Origin: an uncultured delta proteobacterium | GTDB taxonomy: Bacteria > Desulfobacterota > RBG-13-43-22 | Reading direction: 5' to 3' | Length of the DNA: 64,000 bases | Assembly: GCA_963743305.1 (NCBI GenBank) | Contig: CAVUPH010000007.1 | Location: forward strand, 96,001 to 160,000 | Part shown: positions 21,445-31,908 of the stretch, piece by piece | Layout of the letters: every line of letters begins with the position of its first letter | How positions within the stretch are numbered: position 1 is the stretch's first letter | Made by a program: the position numbers and the translations under genes | Notes under the pieces: generated by a model | Told to the model about the DNA's origin: nothing | Database searches by the model: none | The model's input: only the letters and a program-made list of their open reading frames with translations

Positions 21445-23421
21445 TCAACCGGCAGGTATATCTTCCGCCATTGAATCCCGGTACTCCTGAACGGTCAGCA
21501 AACGCCATTTATCCGGTCCCTGCAATTCCAGCACCCGGTCATGAAACTCCACAATGCTGGTGCGATGGCCGACGCTGATATAGTTGATCCCCAGTTGCTG
21601 CAACCGGTGGTAAAGATTGGCTTCGTCAGCGACACCCAGAGCGCTGGTGGCCTCGTCCAGGACGGCGTACCCGGGCTGATTGATCAGCAGGCGGGCGAAG
21701 GCCAGCCGCTGTTGTTCCCCCAGGGAAAGAACGTCGGCCCAGTCCAGTACGACATCGAATCCGCCGACGCGCTCAGGCAGGGCCTCCAGCCGGACCATTT
21801 CGAGAATCTGCCTCAGCCCGGTTTCCGTGATCTCGTTTTTGATTTGGGGATAGATCAGTTGTTCCCGTAAGGATCCGAGGAGCATGTAAGGACGTTGGGG
21901 CAGAAAGAAGATTTCCGCCAGCGGCGGCCGCTTGACGATCCCCTGGCCCTGGTTCCACAACCCGGCGATGGCTCTGAGCAGCGAGCTTTTGCCTACGCCG
22001 CTTTGGCCGACGACCAGCAGATTTATTCTGGCTTCCGGGTCCAGGGTCAGGTCCTGAATCAAAGTCCGCTGCCGGTTGGGCGTCATCAGGGTCACCTGGC
22101 TCAAGGCAAAGTGGTCCGCCGGTTCGGAGGTGATCCCCACGGATGGCGCCCGGTCCGGGGCGATAGCCTCGGCAAAGACCGAAAGACGCTGCACCCCGGC
22201 GGCAAAATTGGTGATCGGTTCAATTTGGGCGACGATGAGTGACAGGGCCGCATAGACCTGGGTGAAGGCGAAATTGGCCTGGACCATGTCGCCGTATTCG
22301 ATCTTGCCGCTGAAATACAGAGGGAACAGGACCAGGAAGGGCAAGACCACCGGCAGATAGCTGTAAGCCGTGGTGAAGAAGGAGAGGTTTCGCTGCCAGC
22401 CGATGAGCAGACTGAAATTCTTGAGGACATTTCGGAAGCGACCGCTGATCTGGTCGATTTCCGGTTTCTCGCCCTGATAGAAGGCGATGGATTCCGTGTT
22501 GTCGCGCACATGGATCAGGGAGTAGCGGAAATCGGCCTCGTAGCGCAATTGATTGAAGTTCAGGGGCACCAGGCGCCGCCCGATCAGGGCCGTGAGTCCC
22601 GTACCCACGGCCGAGTATCCCAGTACGACAATTACCAACAGTCCGGATTTGGACCAAAGAATGCCTGAAAAGGAGAGCAGGTCCATCAGGGAGCCGAGCA
22701 GGATCAGTAAAAACGAGAGCGAGGTCCGGGTAAAGGAGCGAATGTCTTCCATGATCCGTTGATCGGGGTTGTCGATCAGTCCTTGGGCTTCGATCTCGTA
22801 ATAGTTGCGGTTCCGGAAATAGTTGGCCAGAAAGTCGCCGGTCAGCCACTCCCGCCAGCGCAGGCCCAAATAATTCTGGACGTAACTGTACAGGGCGACG
22901 ATGGGAATGCCCAGGAGAAAGCCGCCGAAATAGGTGAACACATACAGATAGGCCAGCTCCTGATTTTTTTTCACCAGGGCGTTGGTAAAGTAATTGCCGA
23001 TGTAGCTGAAAGCCACGTTGATGCCCGTCACGGACAGGGAGAGCAGCAGCACGACGGCCAGCAGGGTCCAGGCCCGGCGACGGGGGCGCAGAGGGCCGCC
23101 GAACAAGCCGAAGACGAGGGCCGGAATCACCAGGGCGGCAGCGGCCAACAGCCACGCCTTGGAGCTGAAAATGCCCGTCACCATGGGCACCAGGCCCGCT
23201 GCGATCCGGACGGTCAAGTCCGGTGCGAAATGGTTAACCGTCAGGATAATCCCGGCTACGATCATGAAAAGCAGGCCGAACAGAAAGACCAGCAGCATGA
23301 TCATCAACAACAGGGTTATCCAGGACCCGCCGCGGATACGGGGGAAAAAATAAGGCTGGGCAATGGTAACAAAGCTTGTCCAAAGCGTGCGTTTGTTTGG
23401 AAGGGTGTTATCGGGAGTCAT
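21445..23421 (-). CDS. ABC transporter fused permease/ATPase (YddA/ABCD-like)
   Basis: DNPDQRI, EADFRY, GQSGVGKSS, FLPQRPY, LSLGEQQRLAFAR, LDEATSA. Confidence 0.9.
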   Translation of the reverse strand: MTPDNTLPNKRTLWTSFVTIAQPYFFPRIRGGSWITLLLMIMLLVFLFGLLFMIVAGIILTVNHFAPDLTVRIAAGLVPMVTGIFSSKAWLLAAAALVIPALVFGLFGGPLRPRRRAWTLLAVVLLLSLSVTGINVAFSYIGNYFTNALVKKNQELAYLYVFTYFGGFLLGIPIVALYSYVQNYLGLRWREWLTGDFLANYFRNRNYYEIEAQGLIDNPDQRIMEDIRSFTRTSLSFLLILLGSLMDLLSFSGILWSKSGLLVIVVLGYSAVGTGLTALIGRRLVPLNFNQLRYEADFRYSLIHVRDNTESIAFYQGEKPEIDQISGRFRNVLKNFSLLIGWQRNLSFFTTAYSYLPVVLPFLVLFPLYFSGKIEYGDMVQANFAFTQVYAALSLIVAQIEPITNFAAGVQRLSVFAEAIAPDRAPSVGITSEPADHFALSQVTLMTPNRQRTLIQDLTLDPEARINLLVVGQSGVGKSSLLRAIAGLWNQGQGIVKRPPLAEIFFLPQRPYMLLGSLREQLIYPQIKNEITETGLRQILEMVRLEALPERVGGFDVVLDWADVLSLGEQQRLAFARLLINQPGYAVLDEATSALGVADEANLYHRLQQLGINYISVGHRTSIVEFHDRVLELQGPDKWRLLTVQEYRDSMAEDIPAG

Positions 23422-23470
23422 GGTTGTAGATTCGAAAGATCTGGCCTCATTAATTTATTAAAAATCAACA

Positions 23471-23590
23471 TGATGTGTTCGTAAAAAGTCGCCAGCGCCG
23501 TCATTGCGAGGAGTGAAGCGACGAAGCAATCCCCCAGCGGCAACTATTGGTTCTCTTGGCCCGGCCCAATGCCGTTAATCAACTTAGAGG
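23471..23590. repeat. REP/MITE remnant
   Basis: GTCATTGCGAGGAGTGAAGCGACGAAGCAATC palindrome; CAATGCCGTTAA end also present at 29519-29694. Confidence 0.6.
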
Positions 23591-23989
23591 TTAATTTGAA
23601 AAGCGATCTCCTCCGGCAGACTCAGTTTTTTGATTATCTCCAGGCCCGGCCGCCACTGATAGCGGTTCAGATCAATCGTCCCGTCCGTCCTTGAAGGAAA
23701 GGCCTTCTTCCTCCAATAAAACCCGTTGCCGTTCCCCACTGCCGACTTTGTAGGTCGAAAGCCCGCCGTACTGATTGATCACCCGCTGCCAGGGTACACT
23801 CTGCCCATTAAAGTAGAGGATACGCCCCACCTGCCGCGCGGCCCGCGGTGTATCGGCCAGGGCCGCCACCTGTCCATAGGTCAGAACGGACCCGGGTGGA
23901 ATGGCCCGCACAATCTCCAGCACCCGTTGCTGGAAATATTTTCCAGATGCCCCTTTTGATTTTTTCCCAGGAAACGCCTGCCCGGTCAT
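23584..23989 (-). CDS. Alkyltransferase-like protein (ATL/YbaZ-type MGMT family); probable frameshift near 23690
   Basis: IPPGSVLTYGQVA..ARQVG..VPWQRVIN (Trp replaces catalytic Cys); tail DGTIDLNRYQW in a shifted frame. Confidence 0.8.
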
Positions 23990-24132
23990 TCTTAACCCGC
24001 TTAGCCCCTTTTTTTCTTTTTTCCCTTGAACCTCAAAAATTTTGTATTTTATACGCTCTCTACTCAAAAGAAAAGATCTTAAAGGAGGATAAAGCTTTTA
24101 TCATAAACCGGAACGCTGATAGGTTTTAAGGG

Positions 24133-25261
24133 CTACTGCCGGTTCAACTCGATCTGCAGGATAGCGCCGGAGATCTCTATCAAAGAACCCAGGCTGTCCT
24201 GAAGGTTGGCCGTCACGGCTAGCATAAAATCCCTTTGCGGCAGGTAAGCGAAATAGGCATTGAAGCCGGAGATCCCGCCCGTTTTCCCCGGCACAAGCTG
24301 ATCTCCATATTTCAGCATTTCCAGGCAGTAACCAAAGGTCATCCCCGTTCCGGGTTGCTCAAAGGGATGTCCGTTATTCAGACGGGCGGGAGCGAACATC
24401 GCTTCGAGGCTCGCTTTCTTCAGAAATTTACCCGGTTGCAAGGCCTTTTTCAGTTTGACGAGATCTGCGGGAGTGGATACTATGCCCCCGCTGGCGTAAG
24501 GGGCCAATAGGCTGGCGTATTTGGCATTCCGCAGGCTCCCGCTGGCCGTCTCGAACTCATAGCCCGCGACCCGATTTCGGACGACGTCGGCGTTGCGGCC
24601 CAGTCGGGTGTGAATCATGCCCAAGGGCTTGCAAAACACGTTCGGCGAGAAAGTCACCGTAGGCTACTCCGGACACCTTTTCGATCACCAGCCCCAAGAG
24701 CATACATCCCGAGTTGCTGTATTGAGCGCGCTGGCCCGGCTCGAAATCCAGCGGCAAGGACTCCAGCATCTTCACCACCTCCTGCGGACGCCAGTCCTTT
24801 TCCTGATTGGAGCCGAAGGGCTCAACGCTGAGGATCTCTTTGATCCCGGAGGTGTGCTGAAGTAGGTGGCGCAGCGTAATTTCCTCGCCTCCCCTGAAGC
24901 CGGGAAAGTACTTCGAGAGCTTGTCCTCGACCCGCAGCTTGCCTTCTTCTTGAAGCAAAAGAATGGACAAAGCGGTGAATGTTTTAGTCAACGAGCCAAT
25001 CTCGAAGACCGACTCCTTGGTCACCGGTATTTGGTACTCCAGATTCGCTGTCCCGTAGGACCTGTCAATCGTCCGGCCATCGGCCGAAGAGATGCTGATC
25101 GACAAGCCGGGGATCCGCGCTTTTTCCATAATCGGCTTCACGATGCCGTCCAGGGCTTCAGGGGTGAGGGGGCCTCGTTCAGAGGCAAAAGCCAGGGAGA
25201 CCATCAGCCCTATGAGGACTGCTCCCAAAATGATCCTAGCCGTTTTGTACCATCGTGCCAT
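24133..25261 (-). CDS. Exported serine hydrolase, beta-lactamase class C-like (frameshift near 24635)
   Basis: GSLTK (SxxK), LLQHTSG, YSN, KTG. Confidence 0.88.
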
Positions 25262-25431
25262 CACGTCCTCCTTGTTTTCCTTAAGTTGGCGACAAAATCT
25301 CCACACCTCAGAACAACCCTAGAACGGCAATTTAGTCGGGATGCTGACCCGTGGAACGAAGCTTACGGGGGCGGAGGCCCATGCGAGCGAGGGACATCGG
25401 TGTCCAATGACCTGGCTGTTGCCGCAGGCGG

Positions 25432-25559
25432 TGCCAACACCTGGCTGTGTCGCGCCGGATTTGTACCCGAAACTTATTTAAAACTACTATTGTTTGCCAA
25501 ACCTCAAAAAACAGAAATTGCGCACGCGGGTAGGCTTCGATACCAGCCAATCGTTAGGT
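25432..25559 (-). other. attC-like recombination site (128 bp)
   Basis: ACCTAAC overlapping the upstream stop codon ... GTTGGCA; arms GGCTGGTATCG / CGACACAGCC pair with one bulged base. Confidence 0.6.
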
Positions 25560-26079
25560 TTGCAGACTATTCTCAACATGCTCAAGAAACTCAGTTTTGA
25601 CTTTTCTCAGAAACTGATTCGCAACACCCTGCCTGTGAAATTTTCTTGCGCAATATTCGCGAAAATCCCAATCCTTCTTTTCAGAGTCTGACCATTTTTC
25701 CCGCAAAAAGCTAAAAAGAGATGCGATGTTCAGTCCTAGAACGTATTCAAACTCTTCCACGGAACAAATATGCAAATGGAACTCATCAGGGATTTCAACA
25801 CCTTTATCACGGGCAACCTCGATAGCAAGTGCCTTCAGGACGGAATTAGAAAAATACGTTCGGTCATAAGTAATTAAAAGCCTTTGGATCTCAGTTGCAT
25901 CAGACAATTGTGAAAGTTCATCGTAGGTACCTGCGATTAGATCCCTCTCAAACGAGAACAACTGCTTTATTGCTTCACTAAATGTGTTAAGAAGGCTCTT
26001 CCTGATGACATCAATTTCGCCTGAGGTTTTCGCCGGTAAATATAGGCCAGATTGTTTGACCTCAATGAGCACGGCTTTA

Positions 26080-27190
26080 TTAACTGTCTCATAATAGTAT
26101 TGACATAATTTCAATTAATTGCTACCATAGCATCCATGAAAAACAACATGGATGCTCGGAAGCTGGATCATAAAACGCTGACCGAATTGAGAACGCGAAG
26201 TATAGAAAGCGTTCAAGTCGGGAACAGTCCGGAAGCCGTCGCTATAGTAATGGGAATTAGTCGGGCGACGATCTACAACTGGATCTCTCTTTATCGTCAT
26301 GGCGGTTGGCAGGCCCTGGATGCCAAAAAGCGTGGGGGCAGAAAACCGAAGCTGGATGGTCCGGCTTTGAAATGGATCTATCAGACCGTCACCCTGAAAA
26401 ATCCGATGCAATTGAAGTTCACCTTTGCCCTGTGGACGGCGAAAATGATCGGGCAGGTGATCCACCAGCAATTTGGTATCAAACTCAGCAAAGCTTCGGT
26501 GTGCCGGTTGTTGAATCATTTAGGCTTGACCCCGCAGCGACCTGTTTGGAGGGCCTACCAGCAAAAACCGGAGGAAGTTCAGCGGTGGCTGAACGAGGAA
26601 TACCCCCGGATTAAGCAAATGGCCAAGCGGGAGAAGGCGATTATCTTCTTTGGGGACGAGGCGGGAATACGTTCCGACCATCATGCCGGCACGACCTGGG
26701 CTCAGAAAGGGAAAACCCCGATCGTCACCAGCACCGGTGCCCGTTTCGGTTTGAACATGATTTCGGCGGTTAGCGCTCAAGGGGAATTCCGCTTTATGGT
26801 GGTCAAGGGACGTGTGAAAGCGGCCCCGTTTATTGAGTTCATCAAGCGCTTGCTGCATGGAGTGCAGCAGCGTGTTTTCCTGATTGTGGATGGGCATCCC
26901 GTTCATAAAGCCAAAATGGTATCCCGTTTCATTGAAACGGTCAAGGATCGTTTCCAGATGTTTCTGCTACCGCCGTATTCTCCGGAATTAAATCCGGATG
27001 AACGGGTATGGAATGATTTGAAAAACAATTCGATCGGACAACAAGTGATAACCAATCCACAACAACTTCATCGCGCCGTGATCAGTCATTTGCGATTTAT
27101 TCAAAAATCTCCCCAGCGCATTCGGTCCTATTATCATTGTGAAACAACAAAATATGCCGCATAATGTCCATACTATTATGAGACGGTTAA
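26080..27190 (+). mobile_element. IS630-family insertion sequence (1111 bp, TA duplication)
   Basis: Terminal inverted repeats TTAAC(T/C)GTCTCATAATAGTAT(T/G)GACAT; TA at 26078-79 and 27191-92. Confidence 0.95.
26136..27164 (+). CDS. IS630 transposase
   Basis: HTH; FGDEAG, IVDGHPVH, LPPYSPELNPDERVW. Confidence 0.95.
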   Translation: MKNNMDARKLDHKTLTELRTRSIESVQVGNSPEAVAIVMGISRATIYNWISLYRHGGWQALDAKKRGGRKPKLDGPALKWIYQTVTLKNPMQLKFTFALWTAKMIGQVIHQQFGIKLSKASVCRLLNHLGLTPQRPVWRAYQQKPEEVQRWLNEEYPRIKQMAKREKAIIFFGDEAGIRSDHHAGTTWAQKGKTPIVTSTGARFGLNMISAVSAQGEFRFMVVKGRVKAAPFIEFIKRLLHGVQQRVFLIVDGHPVHKAKMVSRFIETVKDRFQMFLLPPYSPELNPDERVWNDLKNNSIGQQVITNPQQLHRAVISHLRFIQKSPQRIRSYYHCETTKYAA

Positions 27191-28279
27191 TATCTCCCTC
27201 GATGACAATCCAGTCTGGGGTTCTTTTTTCGGGCTTGCCGTACTTCCATTCAGGAAGTAATTTGAAATTCTTCTTTGATTCATTTATCAAGAGGCCAACG
27301 TAGGCTTGAAAGACGTGTCCAAAAGCGTCACGAAAATCATTATTTCTTTTTCCGTCTTCCTTGAAAAAATCAGACAAATCGAAGTATATCCCTCTGGTGA
27401 TGCGTTCTATCAACAAACGTCTGATGGGCACAAGATACGGTTTTGCTATTTGGGGGGTTGGATTGCGGTCTGGAACGATTACTGGATACTTGGTTAGGAA
27501 GTTAAACCGATTCTTTTCATATTCTGGACTTGGCAGTTTTTTTTGAAAACTCGAAGACTTTGTTCTGAAATCTTGGTAGCTAGATGAAATCCAGTTCAAA
27601 AAATTGCTCTGCTTTTGGAGTGTAAAGAATTGCTTGTCATTTTTGGGGATTTGACTTTCATTATATGGGCGAAAGAAACCCCTGCTTGAGGCTCCAAAAT
27701 AAGCAAAGCCTAGGACCAAAATCTCTTCAATCTTAAGGCCTGTGAGCTCAGCTAACGCCTTCTCAATGTCTACATACTTTGCCTCCGGTACTTGATGCCA
27801 TAGCTTACAGTAGAGAAGGAAAGTGCGAGGTACGATATTATTGATTTCCCTATGGTAATCAAACTGCGTTACGCCAAGTCTAACGAGGAAGGAGTCAAGA
27901 GACCCTTCTGAAACTAATGGTTCGGGAAGACCAAAATACATATCAGCAGCCTTTGCGAGATCGCTCATGGCCATGATTTTACTTCGATAGTCATTTGAAT
28001 TTTCTATCGCAATCATGGCCAAATATGCTAAAATACTATCAGAGATGGGGACGTTCTCGATTCTCCGAATAGGCTCAGGGTCATCGTCCACTAAGATCGT
28101 TGAAGAAATCTCTCCAATAAGTTTTAAAGCCTCATTGAGCTGGAATCTTTTCATGAACTTGGCAATGTCACCCGTTCCGTATTGATTTCCGCCACGTGTC
28201 TTATAGACAAAGAGATTTTTTCCAGCGATCTTACCTGAACTAAACATACTTCCCTGTAACCCTTTGATCATTTTAATCA

Positions 28280-28335
28280 AACTAACACGAAGTTCACCCG
28301 GGGGGTAAACGATCCGGTGGAACGACAGGCTGGAC
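28280..28335 (-). other. attC site (56 bp)
   Basis: GTCCAGC-CTGTCGTTCCACCGG...CCGGGTGAACTTCGT-GTTAGTT. Confidence 0.7.
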
Positions 28336-28403
28336 AATAACTTGTGTCTCAAGTCAAGGCCTGGCCTCACTACTCCTTTATGAATAAAGTCCGGCTCGAT
28401 TGA

Positions 28404-29066
28404 CTATTTAGTAACGCGGCACGATTTCACGAAGGCATGACCAAGCCGTGTAAACTCCACTTCTTGGTATGAATCCCATTCTGTGATTATTCCGATAACA
28501 ATACCACCGCCTGGATTTTGTGCTGTCCTGCATAGATTAAGGCGAATCAGATTACCCATTAGTACCTCATACTCCCATGTCGCTAGATGGTGGACATCAC
28601 GGATTTCTTCACCGTTCGAAAACCATCCAATTTGCTGATGAACACGGTCGGTCATCCATTCGAGAATTAGCGCCTCCTTGGAAGATATCTCGGACAAAAT
28701 TCTGGGGAAAGCCGGAGGAACTTTATTGGGATCAGTAGCGGCGCTAGCAAGCAATGCAGCCCATCTGTCCTTCATATCGCTCTCTTCCTCTAATGAACCG
28801 GCCTCAAGTAGAGGTGCCACAACCTTAGGGAGTACTCGGCCTGGCTCGATTCCCTTTGCTTCTAGGAATGCTTTTGCTTTCAATACAAGATTAACCTTAT
28901 TCTTGAATCGCCAATAAGCGACAGTGTCGCCGATGATGCCGCCCGTTTGTTCAAGCCCAGGGGTCAAGATCTTATCCAGATATTCCTTTGCCACATTGGC
29001 TGCTTCTTCAATTCCTTTCTCGATTGCTGTGTTCAACGGATCTTTCGAAGCAGGTAAGTTTGGCAT
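28404..29066 (-). CDS. Abi-alpha / DUF4393-like protein
   Basis: P.LE..S.EEE..M.DRWAALLASA...PAFPRILSEIS..EA..L, NLIRLNL, FTRLG.AFV..C. Confidence 0.75.
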   Translation of the reverse strand: MPNLPASKDPLNTAIEKGIEEAANVAKEYLDKILTPGLEQTGGIIGDTVAYWRFKNKVNLVLKAKAFLEAKGIEPGRVLPKVVAPLLEAGSLEEESDMKDRWAALLASAATDPNKVPPAFPRILSEISSKEALILEWMTDRVHQQIGWFSNGEEIRDVHHLATWEYEVLMGNLIRLNLCRTAQNPGGGIVIGIITEWDSYQEVEFTRLGHAFVKSCRVTK

Positions 29067-29083
29067 AAAGTTATCCTTTCAAT

Positions 29084-29512
29084 TCACAGTTAGGATTTGC
29101 CTCAAAGCGAACCCAGGAGCCAACAGAACCGCCTCAGATGCCTCGGTTGAATTCGCGTAGTCGACCTGTCGATGAATGGAGGGATTCTTAAAGGTCCCAA
29201 TCGCACCAGTAAAAAGTTCTATTAGACTCACCCGTTCCCCAGATCCAATTCGGGATTGAAAAGCGATCCAACCTCGCCAAACACTCTTCGCGTTAATCTA
29301 ACTCCGATTTGTGACTGGTCCTCACCGGACAGTTCGCAAACGCGTATCTCTACTTCGCGCATCGCCGCAAATGCAGCCAACTCATAATCGCCGATTAAAA
29401 ACTGGGACTTAGCCCGAGATAGCCGTGGATGCAGCGATAGATCGATTCGTTCTGTTGCCGTAATTGTCTTGTTACCCTCAGCTGACACTCGGTGGCCGAG
29501 GCGAGACACAAG
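29084..29512 (-). pseudogene. TIGR02391-like protein remnant (5' truncated, frameshifted)
   Basis: LHPRL...F..GDYE.AAFAAMREVEIRV..LSG; LFTGAIGTFKNPSIHRQVDY. Confidence 0.65.
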
Positions 29513-29518
29513 AAAAAT

Positions 29519-29694
29519 GGGGTCGGACCCAATGCGGTCAACTTAACAGATTTAGTCTAAAAAACAAGTCGTTGCCGTCATTCCGGCGGAAGCCGGAATC
29601 CAGGTTTTTCAGGCTTTCTGGACCCCGGCTTTCGCCGGGGTGACGCTGTAGGCAGGGAAAATACCCTTAAGTTAACGGCATTGGGTCCGACCCC
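29519..29694. mobile_element. 176-bp MITE with 28-bp inverted ends and an internal REP pair
   Basis: GGGGTCGGACCCAATGC(G/C)GT(C/T)AACTTAA at both ends (26/28); internal GTCATTCCGGCGGAAGCCGGAATCC and GGACCCCGGCTTTCGCCGGGGTGAC. Confidence 0.8.
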
Positions 29695-29709
29695 GATTAC
29701 AACCACAAT

Positions 29710-30234
29710 TCATTTATGGAAGAGTTTTCTTAAGTCGATGCGAAAACCAAAGATACCCGGTTTTAGCTCTACAGCATCATTTAATCGTGAGCCGAAAGAT
29801 TGCCTCTCAATACCGTTGTTTTGATGTGCGAAGTCCCAACTGATTGTTTCGTTAGCGAGCTCGCGAATTGTCTGAGCTGCCTTCCTAACGGCTTGCTTAT
29901 TTTTTCCCTCAAATGGAACAAGGTAGCAGTTTTCAATTGTGCCGCTTAGTTTCGATATCGGCTCTTTGGAAATAAAGAGCCCAGGAAGTTTGCTGTGGAT
30001 GTATTCCCATAGCGGGCGGTTCTCTCGTACCTCAGATTCTATTCGGCCCGCATATCGCGGGTTTGGCATAAGCAAGGACACTTCGCCACCAAAAACTTCG
30101 CCCATTTTCTCTAACTCTTGCTGAACCATCTCAGTAAATTCTCTCTGCTCATCGATATAGTCAATGAAAAAATAGTAAACAAACAGCTTCGCATCAGGCT
30201 CAACTGTGCCTAGATAGGTTTGTGTAACCCACAT
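29710..30234 (-). CDS. Hypothetical cassette protein (174 aa)
   Basis: ATG with AAGGAG RBS directly after attC; low GC. Confidence 0.7.
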   Translation of the reverse strand: MWVTQTYLGTVEPDAKLFVYYFFIDYIDEQREFTEMVQQELEKMGEVFGGEVSLLMPNPRYAGRIESEVRENRPLWEYIHSKLPGLFISKEPISKLSGTIENCYLVPFEGKNKQAVRKAAQTIRELANETISWDFAHQNNGIERQSFGSRLNDAVELKPGIFGFRIDLRKLFHK

Positions 30235-30256
30235 ATTGGCCTCCTTTATCTGCTCT

Positions 30257-30322
30257 GCCCAACAAACGGTTCGGCGGGAGTGGCCGCCTATTGCCACGTT
30301 CCGCTGAAGCCGGTGGTTAATG
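30257..30322 (-). other. attC site (66 bp)
   Basis: ATTAAC-CACCGGCTTCAGCGGA...CCCGCCGAACCGTTT-GTTGGGC, 2 nt after a stop codon. Confidence 0.8.
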
Positions 30323-30324
30323 AT

Positions 30325-31050
30325 TCAAAGGCCTTTTTTCATACCCTCAAGTTCATGTGATATACCAAGAAAGTCGAACTTTTCAATAAAAATCAGACGA
30401 CTGATGGAAAGAGCACAGATGCCAATTTGCGCGCACGACTTAAGGCACAGATGAAGGGCATCCTCATTACCTATCATATAGGCGGATTGAAAGGCACGCT
30501 TCGCCTTGTCTGATTGGTACTTCGTTACAGACAAGAAAGCCTGCTGATTTGGATGCCCGCCATAGTCAATCGTCCTGTCATAGAGTTCGCCTGCTATATT
30601 GCGCAATTTTTCGTCCTCCAACTTCAATACCTCAAAGACAATTGAAATCCTGAATTTCTGTTTCACTTTTTTCCTGGCCTCGTCATCCTCGTCGCGCCTT
30701 AGCCAAACCTCACGGACTAATGGCTTGCGAGCTATATACAATCCATAAAGGGCACACTCAAGAGACCCTCTCAGCACCATGTAAGTTTCAGGGACCTGGC
30801 CACTTAAGGCCAGTCTGACTCCAGCCAAATAGGCTGAATGAGATCGGAAGAGGAAAAAGGATGCAAGCAGATCTGGAGTACTGTACATGTTCTCAGCAGC
30901 CTTGTTGAACGCCAAATGTATGCCCTTAAGTCGATTGTACCACTCTTTTAGGTTATAGAATGTGGCGTAAGTATTGTCTGTCGCGTCCTGGATAAACTTA
31001 GACAAGGAATCATCTCCCCACCCTGGAGGAACCTTTGGATATTCTTTCAT
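30325..31050 (-). CDS. Hypothetical cassette protein (helical, DUF5677-like)
   Basis: G..PETYMVLRGSLE, LYDRTIDYGGHPN; low GC; bounded by attC. Confidence 0.65.
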   Translation of the reverse strand: MKEYPKVPPGWGDDSLSKFIQDATDNTYATFYNLKEWYNRLKGIHLAFNKAAENMYSTPDLLASFFLFRSHSAYLAGVRLALSGQVPETYMVLRGSLECALYGLYIARKPLVREVWLRRDEDDEARKKVKQKFRISIVFEVLKLEDEKLRNIAGELYDRTIDYGGHPNQQAFLSVTKYQSDKAKRAFQSAYMIGNEDALHLCLKSCAQIGICALSISRLIFIEKFDFLGISHELEGMKKGL

Positions 31051-31094
31051 TGAGTGCCCCTACATTCCGTCGAGACACCCTAATCGTTCAGGAT

Positions 31095-31170
31095 TAGGAA
31101 TGCGTCTTGGCGTGTCTGCTCGATCCGTTTGATGGGCCGAGAATCCGCAAGCCCAATATACTTGTTAGAT
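31095..31170 (-). other. attC half-site remnants
   Basis: ATCTAACAAG and GCCCATCAAACGGATCGAGCAGAC on the minus strand. Confidence 0.4.
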
Positions 31171-31439
31171 TATCGCTGGGGGTCGGGCCATGTTGCCATC
31201 TTGATTATTCAGTTTTGACATCCCAGGAATAGGTGGTTTCACAACTTATATCGTTTTTATTCAGCCCCGAAAAGAGCATAATATTTAACAGCGCACCCCC
31301 GGAGCTGAACCCCCCACCAAATACTTTTTTCGAATAACCACCTTTTCACTACTCAAAAACTCATCATAGATCTATTTTAAGGGGCTGAATTGGCAGCATT
31401 CTTTTCCGAATCAAATACTCCGCGTATCCCGACCCCATT

Positions 31440-31639
31440 CATCCGCCTGCCTTTTTACCTCCGGGGTCAATCGGGCGTGGGTCATGGCCGTTTTAGCCAT
31501 AGACGGCACCTCCTTTTTTGTGTACCAAAATTTTATATAAGGGCCAACCCCATGTCAAGGTCCTTTAATGCTCCAATCAACGGCGTTGGGTCGGGCCACG
31601 CTACCCCGTGATTGTTCAATTTTATTAACAATCTCATAA
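31440..31639 (-). pseudogene. Duplicate of the dinJ 5' end, RBS and promoter (copy of about 36360-36580)
   Basis: MAKTAMTHARLTPEVK then truncation; TTGACA-N17-TAAAAT at 31558-31530. Confidence 0.85.
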
Positions 31640-31785
31640 AATGCCTATTGACTTAGTTCATAAAACATTTAAGTCTTGAACTTCGTCTTTGGCTTTCACA
31701 AAGATTTGCTTCGGTGACCCAATAAATATGTTTTCGGATCTCCCTATCGGATTTAAAGACAAATAGTAAGGCCGTTTTTGTCTTA

Positions 31786-31877
31786 GTCGTCATCCTGGAC
31801 TCGATCCGGGATCCAGAACATTGAAAACTCCAGGGGGCTGGATTCCGGATCTCCCTTCGGTCGTCCGGAATGACGAC
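31786..31877. repeat. REP-like inverted pair
   Basis: GTCGTCATCCTGGACTCGATCCGGGATCCAG ... CTGGATTCCGG...CCGGAATGACGAC. Confidence 0.75.
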
Positions 31878-31908
31878 TTTGTACTCGGGTAATTCACTAT
31901 AAGCTGCT

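Larger units (their letters stand above)
25554..28247 (-). pseudogene. Cassette gene, about 526 aa, with a C-terminal PD-(D/E)xK nuclease, interrupted by IS630
   Basis: Removing 26080-27190 and one TA restores TPDWIVIEG-D-KAVLIEVK in frame. Confidence 0.8.

Noticed and set aside
26988-28370. 460-aa track ORF as a complete gene
   Set aside because: Its C-terminus reads into the IS630 and its N-terminal extension crosses an attC; the real gene is 28247-25554, interrupted.
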